Below are positions 8,867 through 18,519 of a stretch of 64,000 nt of DNA, piece after piece. The notes under the pieces are model-generated. The model had not been told where the DNA came from, did no database searches, and saw only the letters and a list, made by a program, of their open reading frames with translations. Numbering within the stretch: position 1 is the stretch's first letter; every line of letters starts with the position of its first letter. The position numbers and the translations under genes were made by a program. The stretch comes from Alphaproteobacteria bacterium (GTDB lineage Bacteria; Pseudomonadota; Alphaproteobacteria; UBA6615): NCBI GenBank assembly GCA_021774445.1, contig JAJFJA010000046.1:48562-112561 (forward strand), written 5' to 3'.

Positions 8867-10291
8867 CTATTCACTTCGATTGGCCTCAGTCGCACCGCTT
8901 CCGCCGCCGCCATGCACGCCAAGCGACTTCAGCTTACGGTGCAAGGCTGACCGCTCCATCCCCACGAACGCTGCGGTGCGTGAGATATTACCGCCGAAGC
9001 GCGTAACCTGCGCGCCCAGATATTGCCGTTCGAATTCCTCGCGCGCATCGCGTAACGGCAAACTCAGCATCTCCATGCTATTTTCCAGCCGCAGAATCGG
9101 CGGTGCGATTGAACCAATCTCCGGCGGCAACATATCGGCTCGTATCGGCTCCGTAGAGTCTCCTGGCGCCATGATAAGCAACCAATCCACGACATTGCGC
9201 AACTGCCGCACATTTCCCGGCCAACCATACGCCTGCAGCGCCGCCATCGTATCCGGGCCGAACGGCCGCCGCGGCAGCCCCGCCATTTCCGAAGAACGCG
9301 CCATGAAATATTCGGCCAGCAACGGTATATCCTCGCGCCGCCGCCCCAGGGATGGAACCTCGATCGGCACCACGTTCAATCGATAGAACAAATCCTCGCG
9401 AAACCGCCCCTCGGCGATCGCGGATTGTAGGTCATGGGTCGTCGACGCGATGACCCGAACATCCACCCTGACCCGGTGATTGCCGCCGAGCCGCTCAAAA
9501 GTCTGATCCTGCAGGACGCGGACGATCTTGCCTTGAGTTTCCAGCGGCATGTCCACAACTTCGTCGAGAAACAAGGTCCCGCCGTGCGCCTGCTCGAACA
9601 AACCGACCCGTCCCGGCGGCTCGTTCCCCACGCCGCCGGACCCTTCGCTACCGAACAGCTCCAGCTCCATGCGATCCGGCGCCATGGTGGCGCAGCTCAC
9701 CACCACGAAAGGGCCATCCTTACGGCCGGAACGTTGATGCAACAGCCTGGCCACGACTTCCTTGCCCGACCCGGCCGGTCCGGTGATCAGTACCCGGCTT
9801 CCCGTCGGCGCAACTTTCTCGATCGCCTGTGAAATCTGGCTCATTGGCGCGGACTCGCCGACCAGCTTGGCCTCATCGACGACGCGCAATCGCAGTTCTC
9901 TTATTTCCCGCCGTAGCCGCGCCGCTTCGATGGCCCGCTGTATGATTAGCAGCAGCCGGTCGGACTTGAACGGCTTTTCGATGAAATCATAGGCTCCGGC
10001 CTTGATTGCCTGCACCGCCATCTCGATGCTGCCATGGCCGCTGATCATCACCACCGGCACGTCGGCATGTTCACGCCGCAGGATGTCGAGGATCTCCAGA
10101 CCGTCGCGTTTGCTGCCTTCCAGCCAAATATCGAGAATGACCAGGCTCGGCCGTCGCGCCGAAATCTCGGCCAGGGCCATGACATCGTTGCCCGCCTCAC
10201 GCGGCTGATAGCCCTCATCCTCGAGCAGGCCCGCAATCAGCGCTCGGATATCATCTTCATCATCGACAATGAGAATGTCCTGCGGCATCAA
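8867..10291 (-). CDS. ntrX: Sigma54-type response regulator NtrX
   Basis: Receiver domain (ILIVDDEDDIR...LDIWL), AAA+ sigma54-interaction domain (ITGPAGSGKEVVAR, GTLFLDEV) and a C-terminal HTH. Located downstream of ntrY. Confidence 0.85.
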   Translation of the reverse strand: MMPQDILIVDDEDDIRALIAGLLEDEGYQPREAGNDVMALAEISARRPSLVILDIWLEGSKRDGLEILDILRREHADVPVVMISGHGSIEMAVQAIKAGAYDFIEKPFKSDRLLLIIQRAIEAARLRREIRELRLRVVDEAKLVGESAPMSQISQAIEKVAPTGSRVLITGPAGSGKEVVARLLHQRSGRKDGPFVVVSCATMAPDRMELELFGSEGSGGVGNEPPGRVGLFEQAHGGTLFLDEVVDMPLETQGKIVRVLQDQTFERLGGNHRVRVDVRVIASTTHDLQSAIAEGRFREDLFYRLNVVPIEVPSLGRRREDIPLLAEYFMARSSEMAGLPRRPFGPDTMAALQAYGWPGNVRQLRNVVDWLLIMAPGDSTEPIRADMLPPEIGSIAPPILRLENSMEMLSLPLRDAREEFERQYLGAQVTRFGGNISRTAAFVGMERSALHRKLKSLGVHGGGGSGATEANRSE

Positions 10292-10445
10292 CGCCCAGTC
10301 TCTATTCTATGTTTGCCCAGCTGTTTGCTCCGCTGTGCTTTGCCATGACGCAACACCGTTGCAGTATCGCAACAGTAGAGGAAATGCAAGTTTCCTGCGA
10401 GTCTCATGGAGGACAGAGGATCTTCGGCAACAGAAAGCCGCGCAA

Positions 10446-12770
10446 TCAGTCGGATTCTGTCTCGACCTCGGTTGCGGTTTTCTCGATATCGACGTCCGGC
10501 GCTGTCGGAAAAACCAAGGTCGCCCGCGCGCCTGCGGGCTCGTTCCCCTCTAGGATGAGTTCGCCATGGTGGTCTTCCATGATCTTCTTGACGATGGCCA
10601 GGCCAAGGCCGGTTCCCCGTTTACGCGTCGTAACATAGGGTTCGGTCAGTTGATCCCGGGCCAAATCCGGCAAACCCTTGCCGTTATCCGCAATCACGAC
10701 CCGAACGCCCCCGTCATCCTCCAGCAACCGCAAGCTGATCTGACCGGGCGGTAGCGTGGCGTCCGGTGCCGCCTCCCGACCATCGGTCGCGTCGACCGCA
10801 TTCTGCAGCAAGTTAGTCAGGGCCTGGCTGATCAATCGTCTGTCGCACCGACAGGAAACCGCTGCCGCGGGAACGTCGATATCGAAATTGATCTCTTGAT
10901 GCGCATTTCGTTGCAGGAAGACCGCTTCCCGGCAGATCGACCGCAGATCCTCTTCCCGCATGACCGGGGTTGGCATGCGCGCAAAGGATGAGAACTCATC
11001 GACCATCCGCCCAATATCGCCGACCTGACGGACGATGGTATCGGTGCACTGTTCGAAGGCCGATCTGTCCGACACGATCTCTTGCAGATATTTTTTCTTT
11101 AGCCGCTCGGCCGACAATTGAATTGGCGTCAATGGGTTCTTGATTTCATGCGCGATCCGCCGCGCAACATCGGCCCAAGCCGCCTTTCTCTGCGCCGACA
11201 TAAGCTCGGTCACATCGTCGAACGTAATGATGTAGCCGACAATTGACCCGTCACCGCCCCGCTCCGAGGCAATGCGAACCAGTAAAGTGCGTGTCCGCCC
11301 GTTCGGCGTAATCGTGATCTGATCTTCGACCAGCTTGTTCGGCCACAGACGCACCCGGCTGAGTAGCTCGGCCATCTCCGGCACCACTTCGTCAAGCAGC
11401 CGCCCACGCAGCAGTTCGAAGTCCAAGCCCAACAGCGCCGTAGCACTCCGATTAGGCAGAGTGACGCGACCGGCGCCATCGACGCCGATCACCCCCGCCG
11501 AAACGCCGGACAGAACCGTCTCCGTAAACCGTCGCCGCTTATCAAGCTGGCGGTTTGCCTCGACCAGTTCCCGGCGCTGTTCGGAAAGCTGGTGCGTCAT
11601 GCGGTTAAAGGCCCGTGTCAGGGTAGCGAATTCGTCCTCGCGATCATGTTCGGCGACCCGAACGCTCAGATCACCGGCACGCACTCTCTCGGCCGCGCGC
11701 ACCAGACGCGATATCGGACGGGCCAGCCGGTTGGCAAAATTCAGCCCCACGCCGACCGCTGCCAGCAGCAGCAGCAAGGAGACCAAGACGAAGATCGAGG
11801 TCAGCGTCAGCTGCAAACCCGCCCGCCGTAACTCCAGCCGCTGATACTCGACGGCCGCCGCCTGAGTACGTTCCATGTGACCCAACACATTTGGATCGAC
11901 GAACCGGCCCACATAAAGGAAGGCGGTTGGTACGGTCTGCAGGGAGACCAGGGCCCGCACCCGATCGTCACTATCGCTCGTCAGAATGACGACTTCGCCC
12001 TTGGACGCCTCCTCCATCGCCCACACCGGCGGGCGGGCCAACTCCAACGCGAAACTCAGCCCGGTACGCCCTATTACCCTACCGCTCGAATCGAATACGA
12101 TGCCCTCGGAAAGAGCCCGCAGGGCCGCCTGAGTTTCGACGATCCGATTGGCGACAGCTGGACGCGAGATCAGCGCCGGCCATTGCCGGTTCAAGTCGTT
12201 GGCCATCGCCAGAGCATCCGCCGCGATAACCTGCTTATGCTCCTGCAGATAGGCCTCGGCGACCGCCACCGAACCGTTGACAGCGGTCCGCACTCGGTCG
12301 TTGAACCAAGTTCTGACTTCGAAATTGAAGAACACCGACGACATCGTGGCGACGATGATCGCCGGCGCCACCGCCACCACCGCGAAGACCGTGACCAGCC
12401 GGACATGCAGCCGCGAACCCGCCGCCCCGGCCCGCCGCATGCCCCAGAGCCGCACTAAGCCGAATGTCACCACACCACCCAGCGACAGCAGCAGCGTCAG
12501 ATCCAGGACCAGCAACGCGAGGATCAGATCCTGGGTCAGTGTGAAGCCGAGATTTCCGGTCAGGGCCAAAAAAGTCAGAATACCGGCCGCGACGGCCGCG
12601 AACATCAAAGCAATGGCCGCTTTCCGCCCGAGTCCGGCCCGCCGCAGCCGTCGCCAGGCGATGCCGGAATAGCGCTGCCAACGACCCCCGACGTCGGTCG
12701 TCGCTCTTAGTGACTGTGATGTCGTCTCAACCAAGCAAATGCGTCCACTAGCTATTCTCGATTGTACCAA
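10446..12770 (-). CDS. ntrY: Sensor histidine kinase NtrY
   Basis: N-terminal TM helices, HAMP, PAS, H-box (ARRIAHEIKNPLTPIQLSAERL) and an ATPase domain (GTGLGLAIVKKIMEDHHG). The exact start is uncertain. Confidence 0.85.
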   Translation of the reverse strand: MVQSRIASGRICLVETTSQSLRATTDVGGRWQRYSGIAWRRLRRAGLGRKAAIALMFAAVAAGILTFLALTGNLGFTLTQDLILALLVLDLTLLLSLGGVVTFGLVRLWGMRRAGAAGSRLHVRLVTVFAVVAVAPAIIVATMSSVFFNFEVRTWFNDRVRTAVNGSVAVAEAYLQEHKQVIAADALAMANDLNRQWPALISRPAVANRIVETQAALRALSEGIVFDSSGRVIGRTGLSFALELARPPVWAMEEASKGEVVILTSDSDDRVRALVSLQTVPTAFLYVGRFVDPNVLGHMERTQAAAVEYQRLELRRAGLQLTLTSIFVLVSLLLLLAAVGVGLNFANRLARPISRLVRAAERVRAGDLSVRVAEHDREDEFATLTRAFNRMTHQLSEQRRELVEANRQLDKRRRFTETVLSGVSAGVIGVDGAGRVTLPNRSATALLGLDFELLRGRLLDEVVPEMAELLSRVRLWPNKLVEDQITITPNGRTRTLLVRIASERGGDGSIVGYIITFDDVTELMSAQRKAAWADVARRIAHEIKNPLTPIQLSAERLKKKYLQEIVSDRSAFEQCTDTIVRQVGDIGRMVDEFSSFARMPTPVMREEDLRSICREAVFLQRNAHQEINFDIDVPAAAVSCRCDRRLISQALTNLLQNAVDATDGREAAPDATLPPGQISLRLLEDDGGVRVVIADNGKGLPDLARDQLTEPYVTTRKRGTGLGLAIVKKIMEDHHGELILEGNEPAGARATLVFPTAPDVDIEKTATEVETESD

Positions 12771-12790
12771 TCAGCGACGCCCCGGTCTGT

Positions 12791-14230
12791 CTACCGTAGG
12801 CCCCGCAAAACCTCGATGTCCAACATCCGAATCTTCTTACGCAAGGTATTGCGATTCAGCCCCAGCAAGGCCGCCGCGCGGATCTGATTGCCTCGCGTAG
12901 CCGCCAAGGCAAGGCTGATAAGCGGCCTTTCAACCTCCCGGATCACGCGCTCATAGAGACCTGCCGCCGGCAGCCCGCCGCCATGCGCCGCGAAATATTC
13001 TTTCAAGTGCCGCTCCACGGCATCGCCGAGCGACTCCGCGTCGTTGCCCGGTTCGGCCTCGGCTTCGGCATAACCGCTTAACTCGGCCTCGATGGTGGCT
13101 TGGGAGATCACCGGTTGACTGTATAGTGCCGCCAGGCGACGAACCAAATTCTCCAATTCCCGGACATTGCCCGGCCATCGATGCTGCTGCAGCCGCTCCA
13201 TGGCGCCGCTGTCCAACGACTTGCCTGACAGCCCGTCTTCCTGCACTTGCCGCAGGAAATGCTGTACCAGCGCCGGAATATCGGCCGTCCGCTCGCGCAG
13301 CGGCGGCACCCGTACCGGCACCACCGCCAAGCGATAGTAAAGATCGTCACGAAACAGGCCTTGGCGCACGGCCTGCCGCAAATCGCGATGCGTTGCGGCC
13401 ACGATCCTGACATTGGCCGGGATCGGATTACGGCCGCCGACCGTGGTAAACTCGCCTTCTTGCAACACGCGCAACAAGCGGGTTTGTGCCTCCATCGGCA
13501 TATCGCCGATTTCGTCGAGAAAAAGCGTCCCGCCGTCGGCCTGCTCGAACCGTCCACCGTGGCGGCTGGTGGCGCCGGTGAACGCACCCTTCTCGTGACC
13601 GAACAGCTCGCTCTCGATCAACTCCCGCGGGATCGCCGCCATGTTGATAGCGACGAATGGCCCCAAGCGTCGCTTGCCATAGTCGTGCATCGCGCGCGCG
13701 ATGAGTTCCTTCCCGGTGCCGGATTCCCCCGTGATCAGGACCGTCAAATCGGTTCCCATCACCCGCGCCATCACGCGATAGACGTCCTGCATCGCCGGTG
13801 AACGGCCGATCAGCGGCAAGCCGTCCTCGCCGGCCGGCAGCCCGCTCTCTTCGTAGCTCGCTTCCGGCCGCGTCAACGCCCGGTCGATCGAGTCCACCAG
13901 ATCGTTCAGATCGAATGGTTTCGGCAGATACTCGAACGCCCCGCGCTCGGCGGCCTTCACCGCCGTCAGCAGCGTGTTCTGCGCGCTCATCACGATGACC
14001 GGCAACTCCGGCCGCAATTTTCTGATCCGCGGCACCAACTCGAGACCGTTCTCATCCGGCATGACCACATCCGTCACCACCAGGTCGCCATGACCGTCGG
14101 CAACCCACCGCCACAGTGTTGAAGCGGTACCGGTCGTCCGCACATCGTGCCCGCGTTCGCTCAACGCCTTGGTCAAGACCGTCCGGATGCCGCTGTCGTC
14201 GTCGGCGACCAGGATTGTCGCGCCGCTCAT
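12791..14230 (-). CDS. ntrC: Nitrogen regulation response regulator NtrC
   Basis: Receiver domain ([11 protein letters not shown]), sigma54 AAA+ domain ([23 protein letters not shown]) and a Fis-type HTH ([21 protein letters not shown]). Confidence 0.9.
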   Translation of the reverse strand: MSGATILVADDDSGIRTVLTKALSERGHDVRTTGTASTLWRWVADGHGDLVVTDVVMPDENGLELVPRIRKLRPELPVIVMSAQNTLLTAVKAAERGAFEYLPKPFDLNDLVDSIDRALTRPEASYEESGLPAGEDGLPLIGRSPAMQDVYRVMARVMGTDLTVLITGESGTGKELIARAMHDYGKRRLGPFVAINMAAIPRELIESELFGHEKGAFTGATSRHGGRFEQADGGTLFLDEIGDMPMEAQTRLLRVLQEGEFTTVGGRNPIPANVRIVAATHRDLRQAVRQGLFRDDLYYRLAVVPVRVPPLRERTADIPALVQHFLRQVQEDGLSGKSLDSGAMERLQQHRWPGNVRELENLVRRLAALYSQPVISQATIEAELSGYAEAEAEPGNDAESLGDAVERHLKEYFAAHGGGLPAAGLYERVIREVERPLISLALAATRGNQIRAAALLGLNRNTLRKKIRMLDIEVLRGLR

Positions 14231-15351
14231 GATACCTCCGGCGGTTCTGTATAGGCTGGCAGCATGACATTGAACCTCGTACGACGCGGCCGGCTGGTAA
14301 CGTCGACGATCCCGCCATGATTGCTGACGATCCGCGCCACCAGCGCCAGACCGAGGCCGGTGCCCTTGGCTTTCGTGGTCACGAACGGCTCGAACAGCTG
14401 CCGCCGCACGTCGTCCGATATGCCGGGGCCATTGTCGCCGATACTGACGACCAGCGGCAGGCCGAGACGCCGGTCGCCGCCCGGCGCCAACACATGCAGG
14501 CCGTGCTCGTAACGCGTGCCCAAGCTGACCTCTCCACCCTTATCTTTGACCGCCTCGGCGGCATTCTTCACCAAGTTGAGGAACACTTGTACGAGTTGGT
14601 CATGGTCCCCGGCGACCGCCGGCAGCGACGGATCGTAATGTTCGGCAAACCGCACATGCCGCGCGAAACCGGACTCCGCCAGCCGGCGCACATGATCCAG
14701 AACCTCGTGAATATTGACCGCTGCCGGCGACAAGTTGGGCGGGCCGGAAAACACCTCCATCCGGTTGACCATCGCCACGATCCGGTCTGTCTCGCGACAG
14801 ATCAAATCCGTCAGTTCCCGATCGTCACGGCTCACCCGCTGGCCCAGCAACTGCGCTGAGCCGCGAATGCCGGACAGCGGGTTCTTGACCTCATGGGCCA
14901 GCATCGCCGCCATCGCCGAGACCGAGCGCGCCGCGCTGCGGTGTGCCAGTTGCCGGTCGATCCGCCGCGCCAATGACCGCTCATGCAGCGTGATCACCAC
15001 GCAGCCATCCTCGTCCACCACCGGGTCCGCATTGACCGCAACCAGGTTGGGCCCGAATTTCTTGCCTTCCAGCACCACCTCGGACTCGGCCACGCTGGCC
15101 CCCGTCCGTCGCGCCTGCTCCAAAGCATAAAACACCGGGTTATCGGCCGGAATGAAGTCCGCCAGCTGCCGGCCCTCGAGCCCGGCGGCACTCACCGCCA
15201 ACAGGCTTTCCGCCGCCTGATTAGCGAACTTGATGTCGTTCCCGGCACCCACGGCGAGGACCGCGTGACTGATGGTATTCAGCATCGCCAAGCTGCTCGG
15301 CCGGTCGCCCGCCGAACAACCGGCGACAGTGGCGGCTTCACCCGCCTTCAT
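14227..15351 (-). CDS. ntrB: Nitrogen regulation sensor kinase NtrB
   Basis: PAS domain, H-box ([20 protein letters not shown]) and ATPase domain ([13 protein letters not shown]). I trimmed the start to the ATG forming an ATGA overlap with the dusB stop. There is also an ATGA overlap with the ntrC start. Confidence 0.85.
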   Translation of the reverse strand: MKAGEAATVAGCSAGDRPSSLAMLNTISHAVLAVGAGNDIKFANQAAESLLAVSAAGLEGRQLADFIPADNPVFYALEQARRTGASVAESEVVLEGKKFGPNLVAVNADPVVDEDGCVVITLHERSLARRIDRQLAHRSAARSVSAMAAMLAHEVKNPLSGIRGSAQLLGQRVSRDDRELTDLICRETDRIVAMVNRMEVFSGPPNLSPAAVNIHEVLDHVRRLAESGFARHVRFAEHYDPSLPAVAGDHDQLVQVFLNLVKNAAEAVKDKGGEVSLGTRYEHGLHVLAPGGDRRLGLPLVVSIGDNGPGISDDVRRQLFEPFVTTKAKGTGLGLALVARIVSNHGGIVDVTSRPRRTRFNVMLPAYTEPPEVS

Positions 15352-16328
15352 GCCGCCTGCCCCAGCGGCATCCCGAAACACCGCACCACCGCTTCCATAA
15401 CTCGGCTTGGATCCATCGTGTTATTCACCACTTGCCGAAACTCGGCCGAGTTCGGCAATCCGGCCGAATACCAACCCAAATGCTTGCGCGCGATACGGAT
15501 ACCGCTATTCGCGCCGTAATAGTGCAGCATGTCCTCGAAATGCTCGGCCATCACCGCCCGCCGGTCCGCCGTCGCCGGCGCCGCCAGGCGCTGTCCGGTC
15601 GCCAGAAAATGCGCCACTTGCGCGGCAAACCAGGGGCGCCCCTGGGTCGCCCGCCCAACCATCACGCCGTCGGCGCCGGAAACCGCCAGACAACGCACGG
15701 CTGCGGCCTCATCGCGGATGTCGCCATTGGCGATGACCGGAATCCCCACCGCTTCCTTTACCGCGCGAATGGCCGCCCAATCCGCCTCACCCCGGTAGAA
15801 CTGGCAGCGCGTCCGACCATGCACCGTGACCATCTGCACGCCGCACTCTTCCGCCATGCGGGCCAACCGCGCCGCGTTTCGGTCGTCATCGTCCCACCCC
15901 AGACGCATCTTCACGGTCACGGGAACGCTCACCGCAGACACCGTTGCCGCCATGATCTGTCCTGCCAGCGCTTCGTCGCGCATCAAGGCCGAGCCGGACT
16001 GCTTGCCCACGACTTTTTTCGCCGGGCAACCGAAATTGATGTCGATGATCGAGGCCCCGAGGTCTTCGTTCAGCTTCGCCGCCTCGGCCATCACCGCCGG
16101 CTCCACCCCGGCCAACTGCACCGCCACCGGCGCCTCGTCCGCCGCCGTCCGTGCCCGCCGCAACGATTGCCGGGTTTGCCGCACCATATGCCGGCTCGCC
16201 ACCATCTCCGAGACCACCAGACCAACCCCGAACCGCCGCACCAATCGGCGAAACGGCAGGTCCGTCACCCCGGACATCGGCGCCAGGATGACCGGACAGG
16301 AAAGCCCGATATCACCAATCTTGACCAT
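15348..16328 (-). CDS. dusB: tRNA-dihydrouridine synthase B (NifR3 family)
   Basis: ...PVILAPMSGVTDLPFRRL...IDINFGCPAKKV...VTVHGRTR... I trimmed the start to MVKIGDIG, because the longer ORF adds an atypical N-terminus. First gene of the dusB-ntrBC operon. Confidence 0.85.
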   Translation of the reverse strand: MVKIGDIGLSCPVILAPMSGVTDLPFRRLVRRFGVGLVVSEMVASRHMVRQTRQSLRRARTAADEAPVAVQLAGVEPAVMAEAAKLNEDLGASIIDINFGCPAKKVVGKQSGSALMRDEALAGQIMAATVSAVSVPVTVKMRLGWDDDDRNAARLARMAEECGVQMVTVHGRTRCQFYRGEADWAAIRAVKEAVGIPVIANGDIRDEAAAVRCLAVSGADGVMVGRATQGRPWFAAQVAHFLATGQRLAAPATADRRAVMAEHFEDMLHYYGANSGIRIARKHLGWYSAGLPNSAEFRQVVNNTMDPSRVMEAVVRCFGMPLGQAA

Positions 16329-16584
16329 ATTTTGGTCAGCCCCAAAACCGTGACTAAGAATTAGGCAGAATACGGGATAACCCCGAACCCCGCAAACCCA
16401 ATCCAGGCCCGCGCCGGCCTTGTCGCCGCGTGACACCGCCCGGCAATTCCACTATCGACGTAGTCTCAAATAGTATTACTTAAGATTGTCAGACTACTGC
16501 TCTAAAGTGTTGTATGACAACTACGAAAGAACTATTTTGTTACCCAACACCCCTACGGGTTTGCCAGTATTCAGGAGGAAACGC

Positions 16585-16878
16585 ATGGCCCGCCCAACCC
16601 TCGGCACCGGTGCATCCCGGTCAAAGCTCACGGATGTGGTCGGCAACGGCCGCACCAATAACGTCCCCGACGTCTTGTGGCTCAAGAACGCCCTGCACGC
16701 CCTCGGCCGCTACAACGACCCCTTGGGCGAACGCCATGGCTTTATCGACCAGAAGCTCGACGACGCCATCACCAACTACCAGCGCGACAGCGGCCTCAAG
16801 AGCGACGGCTTTCTAAAACCCATGGGTGAGACCGAAAAGACCATCCGCGTCGAACTCATCCGTCTCGGCGAGGAGTGA
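16585..16878 (+). CDS. Small peptidoglycan-binding-domain (PG_binding_1-like) protein, first gene of the toxin-like cassette
   Basis: An AGGAGG sequence lies 5 nt upstream of the ATG at 16585. The pattern VLWLKNALHALGRY...LDDAITNYQRDSGLKSDGFLKPMGET fits the PG_binding_1 helical repeat. No signal peptide is evident. Confidence 0.65.
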   Translation: MARPTLGTGASRSKLTDVVGNGRTNNVPDVLWLKNALHALGRYNDPLGERHGFIDQKLDDAITNYQRDSGLKSDGFLKPMGETEKTIRVELIRLGEE

Positions 16879-16881
16879 GGC

Positions 16882-17596
16882 ATGAGCATCGCAACATCTG
16901 AAGGCCTACGTCGACTGGCGCAACTCCCGATTGTCGCCCGAACCTTTTTCGGCTCCGCCGAAAGGGCCTTCCGCGCCCTCGGGCTCGAGGATGCGGCGGC
17001 TAATTTGCGCCATTACCGCGGCGCCACAGGCAAGGAAAAGACCTTTTCCGACGAACAAATCGCCCGCCACCTCCCGATCATTGAGGCCGAGGACGAAAAT
17101 CGAACCCGTTTCGCAACAAAGACATTCGTCGGCCGAACAAAAAAACCGACCAAAGGTCAACAACCGCCTCCGCGGCCTCCAGGATGGTCAAACGTACTCG
17201 TTCGACGACCATTTCAATCGCGGATTCGAATATCGCGGCGCCATTGTGAGCAAGCCTGCCGCAAGCCTGTCATCGGGCCTCGGCCTACCGACCTACAAGG
17301 CGTTCGGCAACGGTGAAGTCATCTCGGTCGCCGACCTTACCGCGACCCGTATTGGCAAATTCCTTAACATAGCCGGCACGGTCCACCACGGCTTTGATAC
17401 GGATCGAGGGGACAACCTGTACAACTTCGATCCTGAACAGCCCGGTCACCTGGCCGGCAGAGCGCTCGAGCGCGAGGGCGAAGCAAAACCTTTTCGCATG
17501 CAGTTCGACCGCAAACAATCGGTCGACGCCGTGCTTGAATACGGGCCCGACCGAACGCTCACCCTCAGGAAAATCGACTGGGGCAAGATCGAGTGA
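16882..17596 (+). pseudogene. Toxin-like protein of unknown family, split by a 1-nt frameshift in an A7 run (about 237 aa if repaired)
   Basis: ORF 16882-17316 and ORF 16931-17596 are colinear halves. Removing one A from the run at 17139-17145 joins ...KTFVGRTK to NRPKVNNRLRGLQDGQTYSFDD... Its last 73 aa are paralogous to the C-terminus of ORF 18145-18519. Confidence 0.6.
17139..17145 (+). repeat. A7 homopolymer at the frameshift point of the toxin-like gene
   Basis: Read directly from the sequence: ggccgaac-aaaaaaa-ccgacc. The upstream frame has phase 1 and the downstream frame has phase 2. Confidence 0.9.
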
Positions 17597-18117
17597 CTAA
17601 GGCCGCAAAGAGGCGCCTTCGCGCCCTCGCCTACGTCGTCTCGGGCGGCGCAGCGCTGTTCCTCTTCCTCGCGACGGTTCCGGTGGTCCCGTATCATCCC
17701 GTGTGCGGCGGTTACTACGAGAACCGGACTGTCCTCAAAGGTCCCCTCCGCCCCATATACCAAACGTGGCTAGAGAAGATCATGACGGAAAGCGGTTTCA
17801 ATTACTGGAAACTCGGCGACCAGATTTTCATTCGTTACATCAACATCTTCGATGGACCTGACATCCTCGATCGAGAAGATCTCCACGACAACATCGAGTG
17901 GGGATTGATCTTAAGCATGGCGCAAGGATACACCGCGACACAAAGCGATATGCCGCCGCCACCGCCCTTGCTGGATGCTATCCGCGCCACGGACCACATC
18001 TATGGCCCGTTTGATCCCGACAGCTCAACGGGTTCATTCCGCCGTTTCGAAGATTGCGAGGTCAAACGCGCCGGCACCATCTGGGTCGAGAAGCTTGACG
18101 CCGCAGGTCAACCATAA
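17593..18117 (+). CDS. Membrane-anchored immunity-like protein 1 (unknown family)
   Basis: Its GTG start overlaps the upstream stop (GTGA). It has a basic N-terminus and one TM helix (LAYVVSGGAALFLFLATVPVV), followed by a domain of about 140 aa with two Cys and a PPPPP motif. Paralog of ORF 18516-19007. Confidence 0.65.
   Translation: MTKAAKRRLRALAYVVSGGAALFLFLATVPVVPYHPVCGGYYENRTVLKGPLRPIYQTWLEKIMTESGFNYWKLGDQIFIRYINIFDGPDILDREDLHDNIEWGLILSMAQGYTATQSDMPPPPPLLDAIRATDHIYGPFDPDSSTGSFRRFEDCEVKRAGTIWVEKLDAAGQP
17683..17835 (+). repeat. 153-bp direct repeat, copy 1 (inside immunity-like gene 1)
   Basis: Aligns without gaps to 18145-18297 at a constant offset of 462 bp, with 7 mismatches by hand alignment. 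Confidence 0.9.
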
Positions 18118-18144
18118 TGGCACGCCCGTGGCGCCATCCCCGCC

Positions 18145-18297
18145 GTGGTCCCGTATCATCCCGTGTGCGGCAGCGACTACGAGAACCGGACTGTCCTCAA
18201 AGGTCCCCTCCGCCCCATATACCAAACGTGGCTCGAAAAGGTCATGACGGAAAGCGGTTTCAATTACTGGAAACTCGGCGATCAGATTTTCATTCGT
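18145..18297 (+). repeat. 153-bp direct repeat, copy 2 (5' part of the chimeric orphan ORF)
   Basis: See copy 1. It encodes VVPYHPVCGSDYENRTVLKGPLRPIYQTWLEKVMTESGFNYWKLGDQIFIR, i.e. residues 31-81 of immunity-like protein 1. Confidence 0.9.
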
Positions 18298-18519
18298 GGC
18301 CGCGTAAGGCATGGCTTCGATGAAGATCTGGATGACAACGTCTTTGATTTCAATCCTGGGCAGATTGGACGCAACCATGCTCGTGTTTTGGAAGCCGCTG
18401 GTGAGGCCAAGGCGTTTGGGATGCAGTTCGATCGGCAGCAGTCCGTTGACGCTGAGGTGATCCGCGATAGGAACGGAAGACTTACCCTCAAGCGAGTTAC
18501 ATGGGGTGACATCGAGTGA
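18145..18519 (+). CDS. Chimeric orphan ORF: immunity-gene fragment fused to a second toxin C-terminal module
   Basis: The first 51 codons duplicate part of the immunity-like gene. The last 73 codons (18298-18516) align without gaps to the last 73 aa of the toxin-like gene, with 38/73 identical by hand. I see no Shine-Dalgarno sequence before the GTG at 18145, so independent translation is doubtful. Confidence 0.45.
   Translation: MVPYHPVCGSDYENRTVLKGPLRPIYQTWLEKVMTESGFNYWKLGDQIFIRGRVRHGFDEDLDDNVFDFNPGQIGRNHARVLEAAGEAKAFGMQFDRQQSVDAEVIRDRNGRLTLKRVTWGDIE

Noticed and set aside
10292-10445. Sigma54 (-24/-12) promoter for ntrX in the ntrY-ntrX spacer (minus-strand TGGCAAAGCACAGCGG)
   Set aside because: The GG element is present, but the -12 TTGC/GC element is not at the right spacing. 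It is too weak to call by eye.
16486-16584. TTG-initiated 130-aa version of the PG-binding ORF
   Set aside because: The extra 33 residues come from A+T-rich intergenic DNA. An AGGAGG lies at ideal spacing before the internal ATG at 16585.
17137-17145. Programmed -1 ribosomal frameshifting on the A AAA AAA heptamer
   Set aside because: The paralog-supported downstream frame is +1 (equivalently -2) relative to the upstream frame, not -1. A -1 slip would enter the wrong phase. An indel, phase variation or sequencing error fits better.
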